Positions 38,342 to 49,184 of a DNA stretch of 64,000 nucleotides are shown here, piece after piece (position 1 is the first letter of the stretch; every line of letters begins with the position of its first letter). The position numbers were made by a program, and so were the translations under genes. The notes under the pieces are model-generated. The model saw only the letters and a list, made by a program, of their open reading frames with translations. It was not told the origin of the DNA and made no database searches. The stretch comes from Bacteroidota bacterium. GTDB taxonomy: Bacteria > Bacteroidota > Bacteroidia > UKL13-3. Location of the stretch: positions 318-64,317 of the forward strand of contig JAIXWI010000006.1 in NCBI GenBank assembly GCA_027491355.1, written 5' to 3'.

Positions 38342-38346
38342 AAAAA

Positions 38347-40089
38347 CTATTTTCCTTCTCCAATTTGTTGTCTCCACATAGCAAAGTATAGTCCTTTTTC
38401 CAATAGCAATTCGTTGTGCTTTCCTGCTTCTACAATTACACCTTTTTCAATCACATAAATTTTATCAGCATGCATGATCGTTGACAGTCTGTGTGCAATT
38501 AAAATAGACATATGTTCTTTGCTTGAAGTTACAGATCGGATGGTTTCATTGATTTCTTCTTCAGTAAGAGAATCCAATGCTGATGTAGCCTCATCAAATA
38601 CCAGCATTTTTGGTTTTCGCAGTAAAGCTCTGGCAATACTCAGTCTTTGTTTTTCACCGCCTGAAACTTTCACCCCACCTTCGCCTATTAAAGTATCAAT
38701 ACCCATACTAGCTCTTTCGAGTAAATTTTGGCAGCTGGCGAGGTTCAGTACTTTGTACAATTCTTCATCAGTTGCTTCAGGTTTTACAAACATTAAATTT
38801 TCTTTGATACTACCTGAGAACAATTGTGTTTCTTGTGTTACAAAACCTATCTGTTCTCTTAGCTCATCAAGGCTAACATCGATTGCAGGTACATTATTAT
38901 AGCTTATTGACCCTTTTTGAGCCTTGTATAATCCTACAACAAGTTTAACCAATGTTGATTTTCCTGATCCTGAAGGCCCAACAAATGCAATGGTTTCACC
39001 AGTTTTTACTTCAAATGTGATATTGTCTAGTGCAGCCCTATTTGATCCATTGTATTTGTAACTGACTCCGTTAAATTGGAGGGTTGTTAATGATTCAATG
39101 TGAACAGGATTGATTGGTTTTTGTTCAGTTGGAGTGTCTAATATTTTCTTAAAATTAGCAAAACTCACTTCAGCTTCTCTGAAAATGTTGATCAAGTTAC
39201 CGAGTTCTTGCATTGGTCCAAAAATAAAGAACGAATAAAACATCATCATGAAATATTGTCCAATTGTAATTTCATTTTTAAAAATCAAATACATCATTAC
39301 AAACATGATTGATGTTCTCAGTAAATTAACACTTGTTCCTTGAACAAAACTTAAACTACGTATAAAACGAACTTTTTTTAGCTCTAATCCTAAAATTTTG
39401 TTTGTAGTAGCGTTTAAACGATTGATTTCTTGTTTGGTTAAGCCTAAACTTTTAACCAATTCAATATTCCTTAAAGATTCAGTGGTAGAACCGGCAAGTT
39501 GTGTGGTTTCGCCTACTATTAATTTTTGCATTTTCTTGATTCTTTTGCTCAGTACAGAGCTCAAAAATCCTAGAATTGGTATAACCGATAAAAAAACAGG
39601 TAAAATGAGCCAATTAACTTGAATGGCAATGTAACCAACAAAAAGTAAACCTATAAATGTAGTAAACAAAACCGAGATAAATACTTGAATTAATTTTTCA
39701 GTGTCTTGTCTTACTTTTTGTAATATACCGAGTGTTTCACCACTTCTTTGGTCTTCAAATGCTTCAAAAGATAAATCAAGAGAGTGTTTGATACCGCTTG
39801 AATAAATATCGGCACCTATTTTTTGTATGATAACATTGGTAAAATAATCTTGAAAATTTTTGGCAACCCTAGATATAAAAGCAACTCCAATTGCACAAAG
39901 TAACAATTGCACAACGCCTTTTATAAAAACATCAGCGGCCATTGTTTTTGATTTTAGTAAATAGTTATCAATAATAAATTGAGAAATGTAAGGGTCAAGC
40001 ATTGAGAAAATCTGGTTTACAGAAGCCAGAAATAATGCCAAAAATAACAATGATTGATATGGCTTTAAATAATTGAAAAGTAATTTCAT
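38347..40089 (-). CDS. ABC transporter permease/ATP-binding protein (exporter type)
   Basis: 580 aa with 6 TM helices, Walker A GPSGSGKST, signature LSGGEKQRLSIARAL and Walker B MLVFDEATSALD. Confidence 0.85.
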   Translation of the reverse strand: MKLLFNYLKPYQSLLFLALFLASVNQIFSMLDPYISQFIIDNYLLKSKTMAADVFIKGVVQLLLCAIGVAFISRVAKNFQDYFTNVIIQKIGADIYSSGIKHSLDLSFEAFEDQRSGETLGILQKVRQDTEKLIQVFISVLFTTFIGLLFVGYIAIQVNWLILPVFLSVIPILGFLSSVLSKRIKKMQKLIVGETTQLAGSTTESLRNIELVKSLGLTKQEINRLNATTNKILGLELKKVRFIRSLSFVQGTSVNLLRTSIMFVMMYLIFKNEITIGQYFMMMFYSFFIFGPMQELGNLINIFREAEVSFANFKKILDTPTEQKPINPVHIESLTTLQFNGVSYKYNGSNRAALDNITFEVKTGETIAFVGPSGSGKSTLVKLVVGLYKAQKGSISYNNVPAIDVSLDELREQIGFVTQETQLFSGSIKENLMFVKPEATDEELYKVLNLASCQNLLERASMGIDTLIGEGGVKVSGGEKQRLSIARALLRKPKMLVFDEATSALDSLTEEEINETIRSVTSSKEHMSILIAHRLSTIMHADKIYVIEKGVIVEAGKHNELLLEKGLYFAMWRQQIGEGK

Positions 40090-40160
40090 GATGTTGTAGC
40101 TAACAATATTACTAAAGAACTTTTAATTTTCTTGTCTATTTCACTCATCATGCGGGTTTA

Positions 40161-40466
40161 TTATGATTGCCTGCTTCCAGATAAGTATGCTAATAAAAAG
40201 TAACACTTTGCTTTCCACAGCCACAATGGTTTTTTAAAGTGTGATATAAGTTTTATTTGAGCAATGTACAATGCAAAGCACGTGAGTAATAATTCAAGCA
40301 GCAGCCTAATGACTAAAATGAGAATTTCATGAAACAAAAGCGAAGCAGGTATAGCCAACAGTAAAAGTGAACTTCCAGCTATTTGCCCAAGTTGAGCAAT
40401 TGGATGTGCGTGTTGCGATTTAAAATTCTGATAGTAGAGGTTGAATGCATTTGCTTTGTTTGTCAT
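40161..40466 (-). CDS. hypothetical small membrane protein
   Basis: ~101 aa from ATG 40466 (MTNKANAF...) with two hydrophobic helices. Divergent from the lipoprotein gene. Weak call. Confidence 0.35.
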   Translation of the reverse strand: MTNKANAFNLYYQNFKSQHAHPIAQLGQIAGSSLLLLAIPASLLFHEILILVIRLLLELLLTCFALYIAQIKLISHFKKPLWLWKAKCYFLLAYLSGSRQS

Positions 40467-40539
40467 GTTGTAAAAATACTTGCTTTTGAATGAAACTCGA
40501 ATTTTGAATACCGATTTTGTTGCGCTAGCTTTGTTAATC

Positions 40540-40926
40540 ATGAAAAAACTAGCAGTTATTGCCATTTTGGCCATGTCTTGTAATACCCAAAATGAGGCTC
40601 AGGTCTTAAATCAACAATTAATGGACTTACACGACGCTGTTATGAAAAACAGTAGTCGGGTTTTAACGCTAAAAGCCAAGTTACAACCACTCATTGCAGC
40701 ATGTACTAGCCAATCACACAAGGACAGTTTACAAAAGGCATCTGCACAGTTACACATAGCAGACCAACAAATGTTGGATTGGATGAGAAAATATCAAGAA
40801 CCTCATATGGAATCGGATACAGCTGTTCAATTTTTTCAAGCTCAAATTGCATTCATGAATCAATTGAACATTCAAACTAAACAATCAATTGAACAAGCTA
40901 ATAAACTTATAAATGAATCAAATTAA
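40540..40926 (+). CDS. hypothetical helical lipoprotein
   Basis: Start refined to ATG 40540 (MKKLAVIAILAMSCNTQ lipobox). Lies upstream of the SCO1-family gene, whose start overlaps its end. Confidence 0.55.
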   Translation: MKKLAVIAILAMSCNTQNEAQVLNQQLMDLHDAVMKNSSRVLTLKAKLQPLIAACTSQSHKDSLQKASAQLHIADQQMLDWMRKYQEPHMESDTAVQFFQAQIAFMNQLNIQTKQSIEQANKLINESN

Positions 40927-41542
40927 TTGGATTGGAATAACTTTATTGTTTTTGTTTTCATGTGGCAATGAATCTTTGCCAATTCTTGGCAATAGAGAAG
41001 TAAAAGTAACCCCAAATGGAGCTTCAGAAACTATTGATACTGTTTACCAAACCATACCGGATTTTGAATTTCAAGATCAGTATGGAAATGCGTTTACTTC
41101 AAAAAATACAGCAAATAAAATTTATGTTGCCGATTTCTTTTTTGTCAATTGTCCTAGTATTTGTCCAAGAATGAAGCGCAATTTATTGAAGGTAAATGAA
41201 GCATATGGTGCAGCACCCAATTTTTTAATCTTATCGCATACCATAGATCCTGAACATGACTCTGTTCCAGTGTTGTTTGATTATGCAGAAAAATTAGGGG
41301 TCAATAAAGGCAATTGGTATTTTTTAAGAGCAAATAGAGCTTATACTTATGAGCTGGCAGAACATGCCTATTATGCTTCAGCCATAGCCGATTCAACTGA
41401 GCCAGGAGGTTTTGTTCATAGTGGCGGTTTAATTCTAGTAGATAAATTAAAACGAGTTAGAGGCATTTATGACGGCACTCAAACAGAGGATACTCAAAAA
41501 TTAATCGATGACATTCAAATTTTAATGCATGAAAGCGATTAG
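40913..41542 (+). CDS. SCO1/SenC family copper chaperone (thioredoxin fold), lipoprotein
   Basis: 209 aa with lipobox LFSCG and CxxxC FFFVNCPSICP. Confidence 0.85.
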   Translation: MNQINWIGITLLFLFSCGNESLPILGNREVKVTPNGASETIDTVYQTIPDFEFQDQYGNAFTSKNTANKIYVADFFFVNCPSICPRMKRNLLKVNEAYGAAPNFLILSHTIDPEHDSVPVLFDYAEKLGVNKGNWYFLRANRAYTYELAEHAYYASAIADSTEPGGFVHSGGLILVDKLKRVRGIYDGTQTEDTQKLIDDIQILMHESD

Positions 41543-41891
41543 TGTAATACCATTGATTTTACTAGTTGCTTTATCATGCCAAAACGAATCAAACAATTTT
41601 GTGCAATTGGCATCAGGCTATGAATTGTATCAAAAAAATTGTTCCAATTGTCATGGTGACGATGGCAGCGGTTTAGCTAAGTTGATTCCCCCATTAAAAA
41701 ATTCAACCTATTTAAATTTAAACAAAGATTCTTTACATGCCATCATTAGAAATGGAATGCAATTACCAATTGTTGTCAATGGTATCAGTTACACTAGCCC
41801 AATGCCTGGTAATCCAAAAATTACAGATGCTGAAGCAACTGCAATAATTGAATTCATACTGATAAAATTCAAAGGCCAATCAGAAAAGTAG
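41529..41891 (+). CDS. c-type cytochrome, lipoprotein
   Basis: 120 aa with lipobox LSCQ, haem-binding CSNCHG and a distal Met (SPMPGN). Overlaps the SCO1 gene end. Confidence 0.8.
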   Translation: MKAISVIPLILLVALSCQNESNNFVQLASGYELYQKNCSNCHGDDGSGLAKLIPPLKNSTYLNLNKDSLHAIIRNGMQLPIVVNGISYTSPMPGNPKITDAEATAIIEFILIKFKGQSEK

Positions 41892-41982
41892 AATATTTAC
41901 TTATTCTGAGTTGATATTGAAATTATTGCTTACATTTAATGTGAACATTTTGGGTTTCTTTAGTATTTACTAATTTAAACGT

Positions 41983-44568
41983 ATGAGAGAAAGAATTTTA
42001 TTGATAGAGCCAGATAAGTTACAAGAAAACGAAATCGTGTCTGAATTGAACAACATTGGACTTATTGTTGAAGCAGCTATTTCTTTAGACCCAATATTGG
42101 AAAGTATAAAAGAGCATCAAATCGATTTAATTGTTTGCGACTATCATTTATTCAGAAGTGTTGGTATTGAAGCGCTCAAACAAATTCGTTTGGCACAGCC
42201 TAATCAGTACATACCATTGATTTTGATTTCTTCTGAAGAGAATTACCAAGTTTACAGAGAGGTCATGCAAAAAGGAGCCGACGACTATATCCTCAAACCA
42301 TTGAAGATTCAAGAATTAATAGGCTCTATTAAGCTACATTTGAGAAAATTTAATTTTTGGAAAGAGCGCCTAGAAATGCTTGCCAGTTTTCCTGATGAAA
42401 ACCCTAATCCTGTAACCCGTATTGAACACGTATCCCTTGAACTGACCTACAGTAATCCGTCTTTTGACAATCATTTTAAAAACCTAAACAGTGAGGAGCA
42501 ATTAAAATTTGAGAATTTTTTGAAGTCTAATTGTTTAAAAGCAATTGAAACGGAGTTTACTTTAAATGATACGCTAGAATTAGAAGGCTATACTTACAGT
42601 GTTTCGTTTTCACCTCAAATGAGAAAAGGTTATACCAATGTATATTTCAGTGACATAACATTGATAAAAGAAGCGGAAGACAAAGTAAACAAGCAAGAAG
42701 CCTTTTACAAAGAAATTTTAGACAATATACCAGCTGATTTAGCGGTGTTTTCTCCTTCACAGATTTATTTATATGTGAACCACCATGGAATCAAAAACAA
42801 GGACATTAGAGAATGGATAATTGGTAAAACTGATGTTGATTACATAGCATACAGAAATCCAACTAATACAACATTTATTGAAAAGCGAGGAAAGGCATTT
42901 AGAGATGTTATCAATACTTCTAATGATGCAATTTGGCTGGATGAATTTAAGAATGTAGATGGCAAAGACCAATACATCCTTAGAAAGTTCCATCCAGTTA
43001 AAAATGATAAAAATGAAGTGACCCTTGTTATTGGTTATGGACTTGACATATCGGAACGTGTGCTTGCAGAAAATGAACTCAAAAGAAGTCGATTGCGTTA
43101 CAAGGCTTTGTTTGAAAGCAATCCACAAATGGTATTCATCATTAACAGGCAGGGGACAGTATTGGATGTCAATAAAGCAGCAACTGTTCAATTAGGGTAT
43201 GATTTTGATGAGTTAGTTGGCAATTCAGTTTTGGGAGTCTTTCCAGAACAATACCACACTGCAGTAACTTCAACATTAAAGACTTGTTTTGATGAGAACG
43301 ATAGAGAACACCAATGGGAATTGATCAAACATAAAAAAGATGGAACTCTCATCAATGTGTTTGAAGTAGCTAGAACCATTCAAATCAATGAGTCTGAAGA
43401 TTATCTATTGTTAGTTGTTTGTACTGATATAACAGAGAAAAAACAAAATGAAACTTTACTAAAAGAAACATCTGAACTGAATAGGAAATTGTTGGAACAA
43501 ATGCCTGTTCCAGTGGCAGTGATGTACAAAGAAAAAGTCATTGATGTAAACTTGGCATTTCAAGAATTATTCAAAACAGACAACCATCAAATCAAATTCA
43601 AATCAATTCTAGATTTGGTGAATGATACAGATGAAGGTATCCTAAACAATGCCATCAGCAAAATTTACGAATCAAAACACACAGATTTAATTTGTGAAGT
43701 TATGATGAAAGTAAATGGTAAAGTAAAATTGAATGTCATGATTTCTGGCAATTTGTTCTCTAATAAAGGTACAGATTACATATTAGCTGTATTTAGTAAT
43801 ATCACTGAAATCAGATCGGCAGAGAGTAATTTACGTGCATTGGCACAAGAACTTTCAAAACAAAACGAAGATTTAAAAAGATTCGCTTACATCACATCGC
43901 ATGATTTACGTGCTCCAGTCATAAACCTCAATGCGCTTTTGGAATATTATGATTACGAGGATCCACTTTCTGATATCAACAAAGAATTGATTGTAAAATT
44001 CAAGCAATCAGCAGAGCGGATTTCTGATACTTTGAACGATTTGTTAGAGGTTACTAGAATTAAAGACAGAACCCAATCTGAAATTAAAGATATGTGTTCA
44101 ATTTCTCAAATTTTTTACAATTGTATTCAAGACAATGCTGAACAAATTAAAAAAGTTGAAGGATTGGTTTTAGCTGATTTTAGTCAAAAGGATAATATTT
44201 ATTTTACTAAATCAGTACTCAATAGTACGTTTACCAATTTGATTACAAATGCAATCAAATACCGCTCACCTGAGAGAAACTTAGAAATTAAAGTAAGCAC
44301 TGATACAAAAGGAAGTAACTACTTGATTCGTTTTACAGACAATGGATTGGGTATGAATATGGATAAAATTAAAAATCGGTTGTTTACACTGTATCAGCGC
44401 TTCCACTCTCATGTTGAAGGTAAAGGGCTTGGTTTATACCTTGTAAAATCGCAATTAGAGGCGCTGGGTGCGAATTTAGAAGTAGAGAGTGAAGAAAATA
44501 CCGGTACTACCTTCATCATTTCAATTCCCATACAAAATCCCAAAAAAAACATTAAATTGGACAAATAA
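41983..44568 (+). CDS. hybrid signalling protein: N-terminal receiver, PAS domains, HisKA/HATPase_c histidine kinase
   Basis: 861 aa. Receiver has DLIVCDYHL...ILISS. Contains PAS-like repeats, H-box ITSHDLRAPV, and N/G-box NAIKYRSP, FTDNGLGMN, GKGLGLYL. Confidence 0.8.
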   Translation: MRERILLIEPDKLQENEIVSELNNIGLIVEAAISLDPILESIKEHQIDLIVCDYHLFRSVGIEALKQIRLAQPNQYIPLILISSEENYQVYREVMQKGADDYILKPLKIQELIGSIKLHLRKFNFWKERLEMLASFPDENPNPVTRIEHVSLELTYSNPSFDNHFKNLNSEEQLKFENFLKSNCLKAIETEFTLNDTLELEGYTYSVSFSPQMRKGYTNVYFSDITLIKEAEDKVNKQEAFYKEILDNIPADLAVFSPSQIYLYVNHHGIKNKDIREWIIGKTDVDYIAYRNPTNTTFIEKRGKAFRDVINTSNDAIWLDEFKNVDGKDQYILRKFHPVKNDKNEVTLVIGYGLDISERVLAENELKRSRLRYKALFESNPQMVFIINRQGTVLDVNKAATVQLGYDFDELVGNSVLGVFPEQYHTAVTSTLKTCFDENDREHQWELIKHKKDGTLINVFEVARTIQINESEDYLLLVVCTDITEKKQNETLLKETSELNRKLLEQMPVPVAVMYKEKVIDVNLAFQELFKTDNHQIKFKSILDLVNDTDEGILNNAISKIYESKHTDLICEVMMKVNGKVKLNVMISGNLFSNKGTDYILAVFSNITEIRSAESNLRALAQELSKQNEDLKRFAYITSHDLRAPVINLNALLEYYDYEDPLSDINKELIVKFKQSAERISDTLNDLLEVTRIKDRTQSEIKDMCSISQIFYNCIQDNAEQIKKVEGLVLADFSQKDNIYFTKSVLNSTFTNLITNAIKYRSPERNLEIKVSTDTKGSNYLIRFTDNGLGMNMDKIKNRLFTLYQRFHSHVEGKGLGLYLVKSQLEALGANLEVESEENTGTTFIISIPIQNPKKNIKLDK

Positions 44569-44591
44569 ACATTTTAAATCTCTTACTGACT

Positions 44592-44972
44592 GTGAAAAAA
44601 GTTTTACTGATAGACGATGACAAAGTGAGTAATTTTTTAAGCTCATTGATTATCAAGAAAACCTTGAAAGCTGAGGTTGTAAAAGAATGTTTGGATGGCC
44701 AAGAAGGACTCGACTATTTAAAGGGTTTAGGAACAGCTAACGAAATCCCTGATATCCTTTTTTTAGACCTCAATATGCCCGTTTTGGATGGATGGCAGTT
44801 CCTTCATGAATTCATTCTACTAGACCAAAAAGTTCAAATGCCTATCTATATTTTAACCTCCTCAAATTATGAAGGAGATTTAATCAAATCAAAAGAATTT
44901 GATGTGGTTAAAGGCTATATCGTAAAGCCCCTTTCAAAGGAGTTAGCAGAATCAATTTTTGATCAATTGTAA
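44592..44972 (+). CDS. single-domain response regulator (CheY-like)
   Basis: 126 aa with a GTG start (MKKVLLIDDD...LDLNMPVLDGWQF...K). Confidence 0.8.
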   Translation: MKKVLLIDDDKVSNFLSSLIIKKTLKAEVVKECLDGQEGLDYLKGLGTANEIPDILFLDLNMPVLDGWQFLHEFILLDQKVQMPIYILTSSNYEGDLIKSKEFDVVKGYIVKPLSKELAESIFDQL

Positions 44973-44973
44973 T

Positions 44974-47466
44974 TTATTGTTGTTTTTGGTTTGGTGTAGC
45001 TCTTCTTGTAGGTGTTGCCTCCCAAGGGTTTTCGGGCCAACTGTGTTTAGGATACCTCCGTTTGAGTTCATTTTTAATACTTGGATAAGTGTTGTTCCAA
45101 AAGCTCTCAAGGTCTTTTGTTAGTTGTACTGGTTTGAAACCTGGTGACAATAAGCTAAATAAAATACTTTGTTGATGGTTGTTAATTTTTGGACTTTCTT
45201 TCAGCCCAAAAACTTCTTGTATACGTACTTCAACCTTAGGACTTTCGCCTGTTGTTTCGTATTGCAATACAATGTTGGAGCCACTTGGAACTTTTAAATG
45301 CTTAGGAGCTAATTGGTTGATGATTGCTAAGTTCTCTGAACCTATAAAATAGTTCAAAGCATCAAGGGTATTTATTTTTTTAAAGTCTTCATTTTTTTTA
45401 ATTCCTATTAAAAATGGTTCGAGCCAATTTTCAGGTTTTTGCAATAAGTTTTCAAGGGTAATGTTTGGTAAAGCCAGATTTGGCTCCCATTTTCTCAACG
45501 ATTCAACCCTTGCAATCAGTTGTAGAAATGGTTCCTCTATGGAAAGCAAGGTATCACCTTCCTTTCGTATGATATCTAGAATTGCATTGTTGATAGCTTT
45601 AGAACTTGGGTTGCTCAATGGTTTTGATTGCAAAACGATGTTCCCAATTTTTAGTTCTTTGTTTGCAATGAGTCCGCCTTTGTAACTATCCCACTTTACA
45701 ACCTCTGTTTCTTTTACCCTTGAAATTAAATCTTTGGGTTGAATAGGAGCTGCTAAGTATATTTTACCCAGCCCGTTTCTGGCATCCATGTGTGCTATGG
45801 CAAGCCAAGCTTCATTGGCTAAATCGTCTTTATGACCAGCGGCAGCTATTTTTCCGTTAGACAATAAAAATTGAGCATTGTTTCCGGGTCTTGCAGAAGC
45901 GATGCGTTCTGGGTAGGCATATGAAATCAACAAGCCTACCTCGAAGCTGTCAATGGGTGCATTGTCTTGCGTTGATTGCATGAGTGCACAATAGAATGCA
46001 GAAAGTTGGTCAATGCGTTTGAGCTTGTTTCCTAATAGTTGGTTCTCCCTGTCCCTTCTTAGTAGTTCAATTCTTAAACAGATATCAATGCCTGCCTCTT
46101 TGGGCAATGGATCTTTTTCTTCTAAGATAGCAGCAATATCAGCTGCCAATGCTACTTGTTTGGTAGCATTGGCGGCTAACAACATGTGCCCAATTCGAGG
46201 GTGGCATGCCAGTCTGTGCAGTTGTTTTCCATGTTCAGTGATGCTCCCTTCTTTGATTGCCTCAAGCAAGTTTAATAAATCAAATGCCTGAGCCAAATGC
46301 GCTTCAGGTGGTGGCGTTACCCATAACAATTCTTTTACATCTTGGATACCCCATTTGGCCAATTCTAACACCAAACCGGCTAAATCTGCTACTATTATTT
46401 CTGGTGTGCGTTGTGGAGCTAAACGTTCATGGTCTATTTTACTCCACATGCGGTAACAGACTCCAGGGCTTAACCTTCCAGCTCTTCCAGTTCTTTGCTC
46501 GGCTGCATCTTTACTAATTGGAACAGTTTCTAATTTGCTTAAACCTGATTTTGGATCAAATTGATTGTTTTTTTCTAGGCCACTATCAATTACAATGGTA
46601 ATGCCTTCAATGGTCAAACTTGTTTCTGCAATATTGGTTGCCAATACTATTTTTCTCTTTCCATTTTTATTTGGTAAAATGGCTGCTTGCTGAAGGCTTT
46701 GCGGCAATTTCCCGAACAGCGGATGAATTGCAAATTCGGGTAATGCGTTTCTTAAAATGACTTCACATTTTTTGATATCTCCTTCTCCAGGTAAAAAAAC
46801 CAAAGCATCACCTGGGTGTTCATTGACCGCGTTGATAGTTACTCTGGCAGCAGTTTCTGCAATCATCAATTGATCCTGCCCATTCACATAATTTACAGTA
46901 ACTGGAAATTGTCTGCCTTCACTTTCAATTACTGGGGCCTTTAGCATTTCTGCCAACTGATTGGTTTCCATGGTAGCAGACATGAGCAAGAGTTTTAAAT
47001 CTGGCCTAATAATTTCTTGTGCAGCAGTACACAATGCTAAAGACAAATCTGCATGCAAACTTCTTTCGTGAAATTCATCAAAAATGACCAAACCAACTGC
47101 TTCCAAAGTACTGTCTGATTGGAGCATTCTGGTTAAAATACCCTCTGTTACTACTTCAATTCGCGTTTGTGCACTGATTTTGTTTTCAAAACGGATCCGA
47201 TACCCAACTGTTTGGCCAACACTTTCTCCAAGCAATTCAGCCATTCTGTGTGCAACACTTCGAGCTGCAATACGACGGGGTTCAAGTAGGATTATTTTTT
47301 TATCATTGAGCCAAGCTTCATTTAGTAAACAAAGTGGAACCAGGGTACTTTTTCCAGCCCCAGGGGCAGCCTTTAAAATTAACCGATTGTTGGTTTTTAA
47401 CAGGCTCAATAAATCAGTTATGACTGAAACTATGGGTAGTTCGGATGTAATCGGATTGAATTTCAA
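44974..47466 (-). CDS. hrpB: ATP-dependent RNA helicase HrpB (DEAH box)
   Basis: 830 aa with P-loop APGAGKST, DEFH box and the HrpB C-terminal domain. Tool-track start is TTG with no in-frame upstream ATG. Confidence 0.85.
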   Translation of the reverse strand: MKFNPITSELPIVSVITDLLSLLKTNNRLILKAAPGAGKSTLVPLCLLNEAWLNDKKIILLEPRRIAARSVAHRMAELLGESVGQTVGYRIRFENKISAQTRIEVVTEGILTRMLQSDSTLEAVGLVIFDEFHERSLHADLSLALCTAAQEIIRPDLKLLLMSATMETNQLAEMLKAPVIESEGRQFPVTVNYVNGQDQLMIAETAARVTINAVNEHPGDALVFLPGEGDIKKCEVILRNALPEFAIHPLFGKLPQSLQQAAILPNKNGKRKIVLATNIAETSLTIEGITIVIDSGLEKNNQFDPKSGLSKLETVPISKDAAEQRTGRAGRLSPGVCYRMWSKIDHERLAPQRTPEIIVADLAGLVLELAKWGIQDVKELLWVTPPPEAHLAQAFDLLNLLEAIKEGSITEHGKQLHRLACHPRIGHMLLAANATKQVALAADIAAILEEKDPLPKEAGIDICLRIELLRRDRENQLLGNKLKRIDQLSAFYCALMQSTQDNAPIDSFEVGLLISYAYPERIASARPGNNAQFLLSNGKIAAAGHKDDLANEAWLAIAHMDARNGLGKIYLAAPIQPKDLISRVKETEVVKWDSYKGGLIANKELKIGNIVLQSKPLSNPSSKAINNAILDIIRKEGDTLLSIEEPFLQLIARVESLRKWEPNLALPNITLENLLQKPENWLEPFLIGIKKNEDFKKINTLDALNYFIGSENLAIINQLAPKHLKVPSGSNIVLQYETTGESPKVEVRIQEVFGLKESPKINNHQQSILFSLLSPGFKPVQLTKDLESFWNNTYPSIKNELKRRYPKHSWPENPWEATPTRRATPNQKQQ

Positions 47467-47585
47467 TTTCTAAATAATTTCAAAAATAATTGAATTTAGG
47501 TTCAATTAGACTTTAGTTCGGCTCAGATTCTATTATTTACTTGAAATCAAATACTTTTGCGGCTCATCGAATCAAAAATAAGCGT

Positions 47586-49181
47586 ATGAGCTTGGTAGAA
47601 GAAATCAATAAACGAAAAACTTTTGCAATCATCAGTCACCCGGATGCTGGTAAAACCACTTTAACAGAGAAGTTTCTATTGTTTGGAGGTGCCATTCAAG
47701 TGGCAGGGGCTGTAAAAAGCAATAAAATCAAAAAAACATCTACCTCCGATTTCATGGAAATTGAAAAGCAAAGGGGAATTTCAGTTGCTACTTCTGTGAT
47801 GGCTTTTGAATACAAAGGGAAACGGATCAATATTTTAGATACTCCAGGTCACAAAGATTTTGCAGAAGATACTTACAGAACTTTAACTGCAGTAGACAGT
47901 GTCATACTTGTTGTAGACAGTGTTAAAGGGGTAGAAGAACAAACAGAAAGACTCATGGAGGTTTGCCGCATGCGCAATACGCCAGTTATTATATTTGTAA
48001 ACAAAATGGATAGAGAGGGAAAAGATCCGTTTGATTTACTTGAAGAATTGGAGCATAAACTGAGCATTTCTACAAGGCCTTTATCATGGCCAATCAACCA
48101 AGGAGCTACATTTAAAGGAGTATATAATTTATACAAGAAATCACTGAATTTATTTGAAACAAATAAAACGCAGTTAGCCGATGAAGTAATAGCAATAGCA
48201 GGTTTGGACTCGCCAGAATTGATGCAATATTTGCCTGAAAAAGATGCCATAAAATTAAGGGAAGATGCCGAGTTGATTGAAGGTTTGTATGAGCCTTTTG
48301 ATATAGATTTATACCAAAGTGGTTTATTGGCTCCAGTTTTTTTTGGAAGTGCTATCAATAATTTTGGTATTCAAGAGTTGCTGGAAACTTTTTTAGACAT
48401 TGCACCCAGTCCAATGAGTCGTCCGGCAATTGAAAGAGAGGTAAAAGCCAATGAAAATGCTTTAACAGGTTTTGTTTTTAAAATCCATGCCAACCTAGAT
48501 CCAAATCACAGAGACCGCATTGCATTTTTAAGAATTTGTTCCGGAAAGTTTGAACGCAATACATTTTATTACCATACTAGAACAGGAAAAAAATTAAAGT
48601 TTGCCAATCCAACTACTTTTATGGCCAATGAGAAAATACTTACAGCCGAAGCTTGGCCTGGTGATGTAATTGGTTTGTATGACAGTGGTAATTTTAAAAT
48701 AGGAGATACCCTAACTGAAGGAGAGCAACTTCAATTTCAAGGTATTCCAAGCTTTTCTCCAGAAATTTTTAAAGAGCTCGAAAACAGAGATCCTTTAAAA
48801 ACCAAACAACTTGAAAAAGGCATTAGTCAGTTAACGGAAGAAGGTGTTGCACAGTTATTCATTCAAGAGCCAGGTCACCGAAAAATTATTGGAACTGTTG
48901 GTGAATTGCAATTTGAAGTAATTCAATTCCGATTGGAACATGAGTATGGTGCTAAATGTGCCTTTGTACCCATGAAATATTACAAAGCATTTTGGATTGC
49001 TTGTAAAGACAAAAAAATGCTCGAACAATTTATGCATAGAAAAGCACATGCCATTGCCAAAGACAAAGAAGGCAATCCTGTATTTTTAGCAGAATCTGAG
49101 TGGAATGTTACGTATGCTAAAACTGATTTTCCTGAAATTGAATTCCATACCATTTCAGAGACATCAGGTAGGAGTAAATAA
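47586..49181 (+). CDS. prfC: peptide chain release factor 3
   Basis: Start refined to ATG 47586 ([25 protein letters not shown]). GTPase motifs DTPGH, NKMD. Confidence 0.9.
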   Translation: MSLVEEINKRKTFAIISHPDAGKTTLTEKFLLFGGAIQVAGAVKSNKIKKTSTSDFMEIEKQRGISVATSVMAFEYKGKRINILDTPGHKDFAEDTYRTLTAVDSVILVVDSVKGVEEQTERLMEVCRMRNTPVIIFVNKMDREGKDPFDLLEELEHKLSISTRPLSWPINQGATFKGVYNLYKKSLNLFETNKTQLADEVIAIAGLDSPELMQYLPEKDAIKLREDAELIEGLYEPFDIDLYQSGLLAPVFFGSAINNFGIQELLETFLDIAPSPMSRPAIEREVKANENALTGFVFKIHANLDPNHRDRIAFLRICSGKFERNTFYYHTRTGKKLKFANPTTFMANEKILTAEAWPGDVIGLYDSGNFKIGDTLTEGEQLQFQGIPSFSPEIFKELENRDPLKTKQLEKGISQLTEEGVAQLFIQEPGHRKIIGTVGELQFEVIQFRLEHEYGAKCAFVPMKYYKAFWIACKDKKMLEQFMHRKAHAIAKDKEGNPVFLAESEWNVTYAKTDFPEIEFHTISETSGRSK

Positions 49182-49184
49182 AAT

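Noticed and set aside
40480-40539. Upstream extension of the lipoprotein ORF (tool start 40480)
   Set aside because: The lipobox signal peptide begins at ATG 40540. The extension (MLLNETRILNTDFVALALLI) would place 20 extra residues ahead of the signal peptide.
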